NCBI GenBank assembly: GCA_012026655.1
Contig: JAAILG010000448.1
Coordinates: forward strand, 1 to 64,000
Reading direction: 5' to 3'
Source: Hydrolagus affinis
Lineage: Eukaryota
DNA length: 64,000 nucleotides
Shown here: positions 24,579 through 38,417 of the stretch, piece by piece
Numbering within the stretch: position 1 is the first letter of the stretch
Layout: each line of letters begins with the position of its first letter
Notes under the pieces: model-generated
Databases searched by the model: none
What the model was told of the DNA's origin: nothing
What the model saw: the letters and a program-made list of their open reading frames with translations, nothing else
Made by a program: the position numbers and the translations under genes

Positions 24579-26629
24579 GACCTAACTAGATGGACCTCAG
24601 TCTTCTTTCTCTGAGTCAAATCATATGTTCTTATGCCTTTCATATTTTAAATAAGTAACACGTTGTTGAAAAAGACCATTTTGGTTAATAAAAACTGCAG
24701 GACCAATCCAGCTTATTCTTCCATCATTTCTGCCTTTGTATGTGCAGAATTGCCATGGAATAGAATGACACCCAATAAAAAAAATTGTGTTCCATGTTAT
24801 GACCAACTTACTGTTGTTACTCCAGGTTTAGAAAGTCTAGCACTGCAGTTGTGAACGGCAGATTGAGAATCACCGCCTGCACCCCATCTTCATGGGCTGG
24901 GGATGTTCTAATTCATCAAAATTGTGGTCTGTATACAACAACAACAACTTTGATTTATATAATGCCCTCCATGCCGGATGGCATCTCATAGGGCTTCACA
25001 ATAGCGGATCCCGGGACAAATACAGTATATCGACATGAGGCAACAGCACTTTTGAAATTGTACCATGGCCAGATCTCTGAGCTATAAAGAAACCCTTCAG
25101 TCGTTAATCAAATCATGTACAAAATACTTATTATGTTAGAATACTAGATCTGTGGAGCCCTTTTGACTGGCAAATTCTCCCCAGCCCCCCCAAGCATTGG
25201 TATTCAGTAACTGGAGATACATTGTTCAGTTGTGTATTCTGCACAGTAGGAGTTAGCTTCACGGAGCGTGTGGTTCCATTTTTCCATTCCATTTCCAATT
25301 ACATTTTGAAATGTAATTTTGTGATCGGTTTTCAGCCTTGTCACTCAGAGTATTAGAGAAATTGGGTCGAGTATCACAGGAAAGAAATAGCTTTCCAAGC
25401 TTTATTAAACATCAGCAACTGTCAGATATCAGCTTGTTTTACCCAAGGTAATGCACCAAACCAGTGTTTGATTACTTATTAAACTAACAGTACTTTTCCA
25501 AGTACTTAATGTTTAATTGGCGTTTGTTCTTTCCCACGCCGCAATGGTGGCAATCAGTGCTGACAAATGATGTTGCCTACTTTCAGTTAATAAATCTTCA
25601 CATCAGTGTGCATTAACTATCATATTTATTTGTGGTTGAGGCTGATGCAACATTTGTAAAACCTGTCCATGTTCTACACTCTTTGATAAATGGCTCAAAT
25701 TTAGTTGTATCACTGTATAAGGGAGAGAGAAACTAATATATTTTTCTGAATTTGAAAGCAACTAAAAGTAAAAATTTAAACAGCAAGATTTTAAACTAAA
25801 ATATTTGGGGGGAGGGGTGTATCTACTGTATTTTGCTCTAAAAGAGTTGTTTTATTTTCCCTGGACTCCGTATTACTTGTTGGAAATATTCATCTAATGA
25901 TTCAGTCATTAACCAGGCAAACAAAAGTGACTTCTCTTTAAAACTTAATCCAAAAAATTTAGTTTTTTTTATTAAGAAGTACAGCAAGTGGAGGAGTGTT
26001 CTCGTTCAGATTGGTTTGCCATTTTGGTCATACTCCAACTCCAGTTTGAGCTCCAGCTGTGCATTCCTGCCCCCTGTAGCCTGACCCAGTTTCCCTGCTT
26101 ATGCACTACATCTTGGGGCAGATGTGATCAGCTTTTCCAAGTAGGTTTTAGAGTGCGGAAAGATGGAACAATGAGCATTAGGCAGTGCTGGAGTTGAATG
26201 AGGGCAATTGAGCAGAGGGAACAAGATGCTTTGGGGGGGATTTAAGCCACTCGAGTACCTGCCCTCCAACAACATTGTGGAGACATCAATTCATCATAGG
26301 AGCTTCAGTGCTTGACATTGACGAGCACAGGGGTGACCTGAACAGACCTGACCTGAACAGCCTATCCAGTCCATACTGTGATGATTCACACTCAAAAGAA
26401 TGAAAAGAGCACCTAACTCCCTACTGACCCGTCCACTCCCTCCACTCAACGGGCTGTGGGAGGGAGCCTTGCTCGCCATACCATTGACAGCCTCTCTGCC
26501 CCCACCCTCTGCAACTCCATCCAACACACCCTGAACATATTTCAGAGCCTCGTCCCCTCCCTTTCATTCTTCAACAACAAAATTACATTTCTATGGCACC
26601 TTTCACATCGGAAGTACGTCCGAAGAATC

Positions 26630-26995
26630 ATCTCATGACCCTCCTCCCGTGCCTTTCACACAGCACTTTGCACCTCGTGTCCTCTCCCGCACCAGGCTCT
26701 GTAACCCCATCACCCTTACCCTCGCTCGGCTCCACTGGCTCCTCATCTCATAGGATAGAATTCAAAATCCTCATCCTCACTTTGAAGGCCCTCCCTGGCC
26801 TTGCCCCCTCCTACCTCAGTGACCTGCTTCAAGGCCCGACTCAAGACCCTCCTTTTCAACTGTGCCTTTAGCCACCTTCCTACCTCTGCCCTGCCTCATG
26901 CTAACCCTGTCCCCTCCGCCCTATGCCCGACTGTTAAGCTCCTTAGGACGTCCTCCCGAGCATGAAAGGCGCTCTACAAATGTAATTTTATTGTT
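26630..26995 (+). mobile_element. L2 LINE 3' fragment, internally deleted
   Basis: LHWLL..RIEFKILILTLKALPGLAPSYLSDLL plus tail GCTCCTTAGGACGTCCTCCCG..GAAAGGCGCTCTACAAATGTAATTTTATTGTT. Confidence 0.85.
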
Positions 26996-29532
26996 ATACT
27001 GCCTTCGCAAGTTAGACCCCATTCGGTTACCAATTTAAAGTATCCTGTATGACTGATAAAGCTGGGAAAAGTCTTATGTGTATAAAACATTGTAAAAAAG
27101 TGTAAAAGTTAAATCGGCCACACATAAATGCCCCCCACCCCATAGTTCCTCAGTTTTAAGACCTCGATGGAAGGAGGCCTATCTGGGAAAGAACAACCAC
27201 AAGCAAAATGGTGGTAGATGAGGGAAAGTGTGTAATTGCATAACGCTAGGATACATGCCAACTCAGATTCTTTCAACATGTAAACTCGGTGTTTGGGTAA
27301 GAATTGTTTTCATTTTACACTTGCACTGTCCCAAATGTTACTCACACTGCCACAAGGCTTCTATTGCTGCATCATTTGGGAATACCATCGTATTGCCTCA
27401 GATTATCGTCACATACCATCGGAAATAAGTATCCAGGGTTTATAAACCACAGGATAGTACTGAAAGAACATTTTTAGTTTAAATTCCAAGAAAAAAAATT
27501 AATTTTTGGTAGTTTATTGAATTCAGAGCATTGTCAGTGGTGTAGCTATGCACTGAAACACTGATCTTTAGTTTGTTTCAGATGCCACCCACTGATCTCA
27601 GCCACATTGCTGTGGCTGGGTGTGAAACTGGGCTCAGGGAATCGAGCCATCTTGAACCAAGTTCATACGTGGCACTAAGTTTGGCACCAATTGGTCACCC
27701 AGAGCTCAAATGTATTTTCTACACAAACTGGCCAGGAATCTAGACATTATATAGTGTTACTGAATTAGCGTCCTCATATAGAGTGGAGATTAATAATCTT
27801 TGCAAATTGAAGGGCGATGAAAGGATAAAATTGCTTTTTTGGCAGATTATATTCTGCTGAAGATCTAAGATTATGCTGTCCATTTTTATGTTAAGTTGTG
27901 GTGTGCAGTTTAAAAGCACTGGCAGCCACCATACCTTGTCTGCATGTGAGCAACACATTTTGCTCTTGGCTCAGGCAGGATATAAATAGTGCAGTCTGTC
28001 TTGGATGACAACATTCTTTCTTTGCAATTTGTTCTGGGGATGACAAAGTGGTTGTAAATTTTTCTTGACAATTTGTCAGCATGAGCAGAGCGAAAGATAA
28101 CTTTTTTCCCTGAATCAACGGCTTTGAAGGTTTAAACCCAATAGAACACATTGTTGGCTTTTCTTTAGCAAATCAGAGTATTTTTGATTCAATTTAATTT
28201 GATTTTGATTTATTGCCTCATCGACTGTACTTATAGTCATGCCCCTCCCCCTCCTGTGTTTGTGAGGAGCTCAGAGATATGTACCCTTTGCCAAGGCTAC
28301 TATATAAATGCAAGTTGTTGCTGTTAAGTGGAATTTCTTAAATTTGCGTGCAAATGTGATATTAATAAAAGCAGAGTACTGTACTATAATTAAATTCTTG
28401 CTTAATATTTGGCTTGCTTCAAGGGAAAAATCTATTTTCGAATTTGCAGGAGCATTTTGGGTGCATGTAATGATCTTCAGCTCTAATTTGTCTTTAATAA
28501 ATAGATCATTGTACCTCTGGATATCATAAAGAAGACTTTTGTTTATAACATGCAAAAGCTAAATTCTCTGGAAATTTGGAAAACTATTATCCTTGCGTTT
28601 CTAACAGCTGAGCTCATTGACACAAATTGTAGTAAATTCAAAAATCAAAGACTAGGGAATTCATTTATTTGAAAAGAAATTCATATTTAAACATCAAATG
28701 TCCATTACATCTCATTAGAATATATCATTGCTGGTATATGTTGGGAGGTTTCAGTAGAGCTGAATCCTTATGAGGCTAGACTCTACTCTAATAATTATGC
28801 ATTTTTATAATTTTAAACATTCTTATTTTTCTGTCTGCTTTGCCTAACAGATTCACTTATGCACCCTGTAACTAAATCTTCCCTGGCGATTGAGGCTTAT
28901 GCTGTATGACCAACCAATATCCAACTCCTGCTAATGTCTGTTCAAAAAGCTCCTTTGGAAAGACTATCTGCGTAGCATAATTGTGGTTTACAGATACAAG
29001 AAGAGCATTTTGTTAAAACGCATTTGTGACACAGGATACACTTGATAATATGCATCATGTATAAGCATACAGGATTGAAGCTTTTGCTTGTGAGAGTGGG
29101 GGAAAAGAGGTCTTGTATGCAACAATTGTGCCTGGACTTTCTCTCCAGCCTGACACTGAACCAATCCACCCATGTTACAGGTGTACGTAGTACAGTCACT
29201 TAACACTCACCAGCCCTGTTTTCAGAACGCCACTCTGTGAGGGTTGCTCTGTGAGTAATACTGATAATACTCTCATTCTCATCACTGTCAATGTTAAGTT
29301 GTTACCAGTCGCCCTATCTGTGAAACATAAATTTCTTCAGGCAAGCTCCACGTTATCCTGTTACTGTAAATCTACAACAAACTGTTTCAAAACAGCGCTT
29401 ATGTACCGCAACATATCTTAGTTACACTCACAGTGTTTAGACTGCTGGTGAATTACAGCGGCTCACGAGCAGCAGCTCGTTCTGTAAATTTTCAGCTCAT
29501 ACATTGTGACATTGGGAATTTATCATTGCCGA

Positions 29533-29790
29533 CCTGAAGATGGGAGGGAGGGGGGTGAGGCGAAGGGGTTGAGGGAGTGCGTTCCAAAGTTTGGGGGCAT
29601 AGTGGCTGAAGGCACGGCCGCCGATGATGGAGTGGAGGATTCAGGGGACCAGGGGGAGGCCGGACCCGGTAGAGTGGAGGTAGCGGGTACTGCTGTGAGG
29701 GGAAAGGAGGTTAGAGAGATTGGTGGGGGGGTGCCAAGGAATGGAGGGATTTAAACACTGGAGTGAGGATCTTGAGAGGAACTCTAAACT
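29533..29790 (-). mobile_element. L2 LINE fragment
   Basis: Purine-rich + strand similar to 24090-24330 (GTTCCAAAG...GGCTGAAGGCACGG...GATTTAAAC...GAGGATCTTGA). Confidence 0.7.
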
Positions 29791-30489
29791 GAATACGGCA
29801 AATCAATTAAGACAATTTAGGAATGTTCCCAAATTCTGTAAGACCTTACACATCAGGACAGTGGATATGAGGATCTTCAGCACTCTGATACTTAGGAGTA
29901 CTCAATCCCCCTTAGAACCCAGTGTGCTGAAATCCAATACAGAACGCAGTATTAAACCAACTCTAATGCGGATATTTTTACTGGCTCCAGCTCTAGTGAT
30001 TTTCTACTTCATGTCAGCAGAGAAAGGTGATGTTGTCAGCTACATAGTGGTTTTGGATACAAATGAAAGCACAGGATACTTGATCCATGAGCTCTGAAAT
30101 TTTTTTTAGGTTTGAATATTATTTTATGAGGTTTATTTCCACCGCAAGGATTATTCCCTGGAAACTAAATATCTGACCGGATTAAACACAATTATTTATA
30201 GACTTGAGCAATTCCTCTCCGTGTTAGGTGTTTTAATAAAACAAAAGCAGCCCTTTTTTTGTGTGTGAAATTTAGACAACTTGTATGCCAGTATAAAAGA
30301 AGCATGTGTTGACAATGAACTCCTAAACCATTTCAGGTGGACAAGGAGAAAGTTACTGTGTGTGGTCTTGTCTCTGTTTAATACCAATCCCTTATTTTCA
30401 AAATGAAATGTGGACATGAATATTGATAGAGGTATCATGATTTTAATATGCCTGATGTTACTATGTACGTTAAGTAATACTACTAATCT

Positions 30490-30850
30490 TACATTTGATA
30501 AAGCAACTTTCATATCAGGAGGATATCTCAAAATGCTCCACATAATTTACCATAAAGTGTAGTGACTGTATTTTTGAAGGCAAAACGTGGCAACCAATTT
30601 GCACATAGCAGTGACTCACAAACAGCCGTGAAGTGAGTCACTAATTTTATTTGGGAAATTGTTGGCCGGGATACAAAAGAAACTCACATCCCTTTTCGCA
30701 TAGTACCATGGGATCTTTAGGGTCCACCCGAACAGATAGGCAGGACCTTAGTTAAATGTCTTATCTAAAGCCTGACAGCTCTAACAATGCAGTGACTCCC
30801 AGTGAACCTAGACTGTGAGTTCAAAATCCCAAAGTAGGCTTGAACCAGAT
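30490..30850 (-). mobile_element. Older Deu-core SINE
   Basis: GGCAACCAATTTGCACATAGCAGTGACTCACAAACAGCC...TAGTACCATGGGATCTTTA...TTAAATGTCTTATC is the reverse complement of the old subfamily. Confidence 0.7.
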
Positions 30851-33243
30851 TGGCAAATCAAAGTGCCCCAGACCCAATTCTGTACATTCGCTCTTTGAAC
30901 AACAAAATTACATTTGTGTAGCACCTTTTATGTCAGGAGGACGTCCCAAGGCGCTGGCGGAGACATAGCTTAGGTTCCTTGGATCTGCTCCCAAGTGTGC
31001 AAATGTGTAGTGACTTGCCTCTTCTCTCCAAAGTTCTCACGTACAATTCTTCACCTGGAGTGAAACAACTGTTTAGAGATTATCATCTCAAAATCCTCAG
31101 TTCTACAGGGCTCTTCTTTGTACAATTTAGTTAATATTTAAATAATAATGAGCATTTTTTTCATTCATTTTCATAGCATCCCACAAATTGTAGGTTTCCA
31201 AAACGGGAAACCAATTCAATTCAAGCTGTCAATTAAACAGATAATTTTTTGCTGTTTAGCAATAAAGTCACAAACGTTTTAGAAAATTGCTGTTGACAGG
31301 TTCCTTAACAAGATAGAAATGACCAATTTGCTACCAGCACTCACTCGAAACCGTCGTCAGTTGCTTGTTTCTAGTAATACATCCTTAATTTATCTCCTGT
31401 TAGGTTAAAAAATGCCAATCAGCTTGCGATGAATATGTCCTAAACTTTGCTTAATAGATGCCCCTCACTCTGGAATCGCAAGAAGTCGGCAAAGGAGAGC
31501 AGCGCTGACCTTTCTGTGGCGTTTGGAGATGTCCTGGGAGGCAGTCCATTCTATCAGAGGATGAAAAACATCCTCTGAAATTTCGTTTTGTCAGCTTCAT
31601 GTTCGGCAGTGACATTGATTTCTTCTCCCTGCCATTTCCTGTCTGTGCTGATAACAAATGTGCTTTGGCAGGTGCCTGTCAAACAGGGGCTTGTCTGGGT
31701 ATCAAAGCCGAGTCCTCTCATCAATTAATCATGGCAGCAAGCTCGGCAAAGCCGTCACTAGCTGGAGAGAGAGCGAGAGAGAGATATACTCCAAAACAAT
31801 GCCGGTCTTTCACTTTGGAGAACACGGTAACAAAATAAAATATTTTTACATGAATGGCAGTTTCCACATTGGGGCGGCCATGGCATCTGATAGTTAGCAA
31901 ATTCAATCCCGCAATCTGGGCTTTAAACCCATAAAATAGCCATTTCTCAGTGCGTGATTGGTAGTTGCTCTGCCCACAAGATCAATACTTTGCATGAGTA
32001 AAAATGGTATTGGATAATAGCTGGCAGTTAGTTACAAGTAATTCAATCGTGGGTCATAATGACATAAATACTCAAGTGGTTTATGAATGTCAGCAGAACC
32101 CAGCAATTGAATTAAAGGCTGAAAGTCACTGCCAGCTATTTGCTATTGTCTGTAATTCAGTATTACATTTTTAAAAGAAGTAATGTTTGTTTTCTATTGA
32201 GTGCAGTGCCCCAGTAGGTGAAAGGGTCATTGCGTTGACCCAACAGTGGTGTGCTGAGCAGTGTATTGGAAGTGGCTTTGATTAAACAGCGGATCACAAA
32301 AGAATAATTCGTTTATCATGCTTTATTTATTGTTCAACTCTTTTTGCTGTTTGTGGAGCCTTATTGGTGCAGATTAACTTATGACTGTTGCTACACTTCA
32401 AAGTAACTTGTGCGATGTGCTTCAAAAGGTTTCAAAGTGGTAAGGTTCCATATCAAATCCAAGTATTATTGGTGTCAGATCTGGGTGGAGTCCTGCATTC
32501 AGCCACCGTGTAGACAATCTTTAAATTAGCTTTTTCTCTCGGCCTCCACCAACAATATTTAATGTAACAATACAAGTACCGAGGAGAAAATAATACAAAG
32601 AGAAAAAGGCCTCGAGTGGCCTTCAAATAACCTGATTAGATTGAGACAACAAAGGAGGTATGTTGCAAGAGGGAGCAAATAATTCTTGCATTTGGTACAA
32701 CGCCTTATCACATCAGTAAAAATGACTCAAAGTGCTTCACAGGATTTTTACAGCACTGTGTATTTGCAGGTGAAACCATTGAACTAGATTGTTGCGTCCT
32801 TTTATTTACAAAAGATCCAGAGCTCAATGGAGTGTTAGAGGTCTTATGAGTACTTGGGATTGGGCTCAGTACAATGCGTACCATTTTGCGCTGTATGGAT
32901 AGAGCTTACGCACCTGTGGGGAATGAGTGGCCGCTCCTATTAACGTGTCTTGTAGTGCCTTGGGATGTCCTGCCGACGTAAAACATGCTTTAAAAATATC
33001 ATTTTGTTGTTGTTGCCGCTGACTAGTTTGGTCAGATCCTTGAGCTCGTAATGTGTCGACTTCCAGATATATCGGAAAAAAATTGGGAAGAACCGAAAAT
33101 AGTCTATGTTGCATTCGATCTTTCTGATATATATTTGTAGTACATTTTGTTACATAAAAAATTAGATGGTTGCAGCGTTAATGTTTTGATATTTTAAACA
33201 TAGCCAATAAACTTCTGAATTTCCCTTTTTCTTTTATTTCTAG

Positions 33244-33288
33244 ATTCCCTTTTCTCTGATTCAGTTACCCTTGTGGGAGTCGCTAAAG
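33244..33288 (+). CDS. SLC25A26: SLC25A26 internal exon (45 nt): IPFSLIQLPLWESLK
   Basis: Polypyrimidine tract + TAG acceptor, AAG|GTAGGT donor, phase 0-0. Matches human SAM carrier IPFSLVQFPLWESLK (recalled). Confidence 0.95.
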
Positions 33289-33799
33289 GTAGGTGAACTT
33301 TTTTGTAACCAGCAGAACTGCGGTAGAAAAAGCACCTTGTTGTTTACCAACGTAACAACAGCTTAAGTGCAGAACACTGGACATGAAAGAGTGAACTAAG
33401 ATGAAGTGATTTGTGGCCCCAAATCGTTTGTCAGTAACTTTGCATAATACACGTTTCAGTGTTACGAGCAGCATTGCTGGAATTAGTGAAGTGTTGAGTA
33501 CATTCTTTGAAAAAGGTACAACCACAAGGGTTTGAGATTCTGCGGTTACAAAAGGTGCATGCGGATCACATCAGTTGTTTGCTGTGACAAACATGAAAGA
33601 GAACGTTTTGTTCTTGCACGGCACTTTGATTCAGTGTCCTTGTGTTGGGTGGCAATTTATAGAATGAATTTGACTATAAAACAGTTACTCTTTGTGCTAC
33701 ATTTAGGTGGTGGTTTGTTAGATTATAATCATACACCCTCTCCCTCCCCACCCCCCACACACACACAAATCTTCTCATTGGATCAGCACAAATATCTGA

Positions 33800-34040
33800 A
33801 ATCCATTAAAGAGATTAGCTTCATAATTCTAGATCATCTCTAACCTCACATGAATCTTTTATTTTCTTCCCCATGGGAACTGATTCTCATTCTTGCTTCA
33901 TACACTTATTGATTTTAAGACCTGATAGCAATCTTGTTGCCTCTCCTTGAATTTCTTCTGTTGTCTATTCAGTATAGTGACCAAAACTGTAGGGAGTCCT
34001 CTATTTGTTCTCACTAATGTTTTGCAGAGTGTTAGTATCA
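33800..34040 (-). mobile_element. Degraded CR1 LINE ORF2 fragment
   Basis: Minus strand gives LCKTLVR..QFWS, a decayed LYKxLVRPHLEYCVQFWSP motif. Confidence 0.5.
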
Positions 34041-34139
34041 GGCGTGCTAACCTAGTATCCTATGGATCCACTTGTGTATATCAACATTATTTGCCATGGT
34101 AATCACTGCTATGCAGTGTGCGTTCAACAATTTCAACCT

Positions 34140-34313
34140 TTGGCCAACTAGCACACATATCCGCCAATCGACTAACAATCAGGTTCCTACTTACTGCTAG
34201 GTAAATAGGAGTGTGTGGAGTAAGGAAACTTGCCCACCGATTTGCCCTGCCGGGAATCGAACCCAGATCTCTCACATGTGAGGCAAGTGCTCCAACCACG
34301 GAGTTACAGAGGA
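34140..34313 (-). mobile_element. SINE 5' half (tRNA-like head plus central segment)
   Basis: B box GGTTCGATTCC and AGTAAGTAGGAACCTGATTGTTAGTCGATTGGCGGAT on the minus strand. Confidence 0.85.
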
Positions 34314-34663
34314 CGCTTGCAGTAATACAAATTACTTGTCATTTGAGTCATGTTAATGTTCCATCAATATCCTTCGAGAATCATCTTGAATGGTAAAAAA
34401 AAATTTTTTGTTTAGTTAGGGTTATTTTACCTCCCACACCCAAAAAAAGTTTGAGACACCAAAGCAAAGTTGCATGTTATTTCACCTCATATAAGTACAG
34501 TGCAACCAAAATGTGTGCATCTTATTGTACTGTATTTCTCTTTATATTGGCAGAGCAGTGGCTCTACAGTGACTGTAGGTGTGTAAATATTAAAGATCTT
34601 TATGTACCAGAACATATGCGGAATGTGTAAAATGTATATTCATGAGTGAATGGTGTTACTTTT

Positions 34664-34960
34664 ATAATAATAATCCTTGCATTTGATATAGCGCTTTTCT
34701 TATCGATGTCTCAAATCGCTTCACAGAGTATACTGTAAAGTGAATTGACTGTATATTTGTGGGCGAATCGCGGCAGCCAATTGCGCACAGCAGTGTCCCA
34801 CAAACAGTCGTGGATTGAAATGACCAATTTTTATTATTGTGTTTTTTTTGGCATACTGAGTAAAGAAACTTACCCAAGGTTTCGCCCTAATCTGCCTAGA
34901 TTCGAACACAGGTCTCACACTTGTAAGGCAAGTGTTCTAACCACTGAGCTACAGGAGCTC
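34664..34960 (-). mobile_element. Full-length tRNA-derived Deu-core SINE (short subfamily)
   Basis: Head GAGCTCCTGTAGCTCAGTGGTTAGAACACTTGCCTTACAAG..GTTCGAATC, Deu core and tail. Confidence 0.9.
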
Positions 34961-37900
34961 CACAAATTTACAAGACATAATACTGTACTAAATTATACAT
35001 TGTATAGCACCTTTCATGTCGGGAAGGGTCCTAAGGCACTAGATAGTCAGGGATTTGAACCTGAGAAGGAAGGTTGGAGGGCAGGGAGGAGGGAGGTAAC
35101 ATCTGATGTATGCAATCTCATTCAGACCAATAGACATAGCAAATAAGAAAAGAAGAAAAAAAACTTTCAGTCGACCGGGAGTGATTGAATTGTTTAGTGA
35201 AAAAAAGTACCATATTTAATTGAATCAATGCATTGTCAATATTTCCATAGATCTGTTGTACTTCATAGGAATTTTTAAACCTAGAGATTTAGAAAGAAAA
35301 AAATACAATCCGTACTTCTGCTAACTAACAGTTTCACATTTAATACAGTACCTTGGCCGGTTGCAATTGAGATGTATTTAAAACCATGGTGGTTTTACTG
35401 GCTGAGACTTTTTAACCATACTGTGGCAGGCAGCATGGAAGGGAATCACTAGGGGAAGGGGGATATTCTGTTTAACAAATAATGTTAATGTTTTAGCTCT
35501 GCCACTGGAAATTAATTGGAACCTTTTATCTTCCCTCTTGTATATACTTCTTTGTAATCAGGGTTGCATCCGTGAGTCGCCATGCTTTCAGTTCTCTTCA
35601 GCTCTAAGTCACTATATTGTTTGTTTCCTTACCGTGGCTGATGATACCTACACTAGCTTATTCTTCTAGTGTCAGCGGCCTTACATTTTATTTCTATGGT
35701 CATTCCATTTCCCTACCTCCATCTTGGCTCTACGATTACTCCATTTCTGTGCTGTGTCTGACGTGAGTTCACTTTGTCCCATTGCTCAACTTTCATTTCC
35801 ATGGAAATCCTATCCTTTCTGCACTAAATAAAGATTTTTTTTTAAGAAGTACTGAATAAGATAGATCATTAGTCACATTGAGCTCATTCTTTACACAAAC
35901 ACTATACAATTTGCCCTTTTAGAAACTACTCATCTTAATCGCCTGAAGGGGGTTGAATAACCGTAAGTAACGCTTCAAACAGTATAAAAGCTCTGTGAAA
36001 TTTCTCCATCATCTCCGAACATGATAATGGTTAAACTCCAGGGTATTAATCTAACAATACAAGCTACATTATTCATCCCAAGTCACATACATGCCACAGG
36101 TCCTTACAATCTCAGAAGCGCAAGAATCATTTTGTGTTGTAGAGTATTTGATGATCTCTATATCTCTATCATCTTTAGAGGCATTCTCAATCAGAGATTC
36201 ATCAAGGACTTCTATTTAAAAGAGATTGATCAATATAGCATTAGCTGCTCTGGATGAGAACTTTCTCCCATTGCTCTACAATAGGTGACAAGGTCCCATT
36301 GTGCTGAAATCGTGTGTTTTATACCTCGGACAAACACCTAGTTCGAGAATGGTTAATGATATTTCCTGCGGAGTAATGAGACTCTGCATTGTCAATCAGA
36401 ACAAGACCTAGAGATTTAGCAATGTTTGAATGGAACTGATAGCAATGCTCACTTCCTTTTAGTGCAGGAAGAATTCACTAAAGGCAGCTCCTGGTGCATC
36501 CTGTAATACATCCATAATAAAGGAGGAATAGATCCTGTTAGAAAGAGGTTGAACAGACAGAACTGTATTCAAAGGAAATCAAACGGATAGAGTTGGCTAA
36601 AAGGGGCAAAGAACATCTGTGGGTGAAGCTAATTGAATAACGTGTTGCAGTGCTGTTGACAGTGACGTCTGCAGCTGTTCATTGTGAGAGTTCTGCTTGG
36701 CCAAATGGAAAATACTGTAAAAATATCCAGCTTGTTCCGTTTGCTTGTAACAGTGAATGCTAGTTTATTCGAATCTCATTCTCATGCTTGTTACATTAGG
36801 AATCTCAAAGTATTTGTTTGAATGATACAAGGGAAATTGAATACTCCAAGGAATAATGTACATAATCCAATTTCCAGGGGAATTGGGCTTGATGCTCGTC
36901 ACTTTGTACATTTGTAGGATTAACTGACTTTGGGGATATTGCCTACAAACATGAATGCATACCCCTCACCCCTATCCCCACCCACCACCCCCTGTTCTTG
37001 AAACACAATGTCAATTCCATCTGGAAAACCCAGGAAGCTTAAGTCGTAATCGGGGATAAAGGGTCTCGAAGTGAGAGTTTGCGAGGAAGGTTGAACAGTG
37101 ATCTGCCTGTGTGAGTTACCGTGCTCTGCAGCTAGTGGATTTATTTGCAATTTGTTATTCATAAGGGAAGAGCAGGAGACGGGAATGACTCTGCGACACG
37201 AGGCTTTGAAGTGGAAAACAAAGTCTTCCATTCAATCTGTATCTTAATGCAATACACATGACACAGGCTTGGCAACTCCGCTCCTCCTTGAGACTGGATG
37301 GCTTGGAATAACCCGTTTATGAGACTGCATTTGATGGTGGGAAGGGGTAGCACCCTTTTGGAGAAGAGGAGGGAGGGTTGGTTGGGGGCAAACAAAAGGA
37401 TCTAATTGTTTCATGCTGTTTGTACAGTTTCTCAGATACGAGCAGATTATTTGAGGCAGTGGAGCGAGTGTGATATTGCAGAAAAACATGTCAGTGACAT
37501 CTATTGGTCTCTCGGGGTATTTGGGCCAATTGGGCTGTGCACAGGGGGTCCCAGCAGTGTGTGTTTTGTTGGAGAATCTCCCTGGTGTGTCACGAAACAG
37601 GGAGGAGAATCGAGTTCCCTTGGGGAGTGGAGGGTGAGCTTTTTAAAAAAAAGTTTCCAACACATTTTTAATGCTTTAAATTGGCACCTTCACACTTAGA
37701 GCTAACACAGTATTGAACCTTGTGTTTGGTTGTGCAGTTATTGTACACCTACTTGTACTGATGTAGTACCTGCCCATGTACAGTGTGAGTGACTGGAACA
37801 GTGTCAATATTGAATGTAGTATTTTTTGTTCTACACCCATAGATTGGGTTGGTGTGTGTTTGTTAAGCACATTCTAACTAACATTCATGAACAGCAGATA

Positions 37901-38097
37901 AGACATCTTGTGATAATGCATTATCAAATACTTTAGCAGGAAAGACGATTGCATGGATACATTCCCAGGGAAATGTGTCTTTTAATATATGATGTCCCTT
38001 TGAATGTTTTCAGGCTTGTTCAGGACAAAATGTTTAGATCATCATCCATGTTTCATTGTGCCTTTTCATGTGGTTTAAAGCGAATCAAACATCGAGC

Positions 38098-38417
38098 AGA
38101 CCTGGGTTCGATTCCTGGGCAGGGAGAAACGTTGGGTAAGTTTCCTTACGCCACATGTCTGTTTACCCAACAGTGAGTAGGAACCTGATTGTTGGTCAAT
38201 TGGCAGATCGCTTTTCTGGCGATAATAATTCCTTTAAAAAAAATGTAGTCACTCAATCCAGAACTGTTTGTGGGACACTTCTGTGCGCTATTGGCTGCCG
38301 AGTTTCACTCACAAATATACAGTCAATTCACTTTACAATGTATTCTGTGAAGCGCTTTGAGATGTCTCGAAGACGTGATAAGGCGTTATTTCAGTTGCAA
38401 GGATTATTATTATTGTT
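38098..38417 (+). mobile_element. Near full-length Deu-core SINE (long subfamily)
   Basis: B box GGTTCGATTCC, central segment, Deu core and tail GAAGCGCTTTGAGATGTCTCGAAGACGTGATAAGGCG. Confidence 0.9.

Noticed and set aside
23969-24643. 224-aa ORF, the longest in the track
   Set aside because: Chimeric read-through of a frameshifted L2 ORF2 remnant, not a host gene.
1-33243. Upstream SLC25A26 exon (expected GxxGLYRGYKSTVLRE-like) or an independent nested gene
   Set aside because: No matching peptide with splice sites found by eye. The short ORFs here are repeat-derived or random, so the region is treated as intron; a small exon could have been missed.
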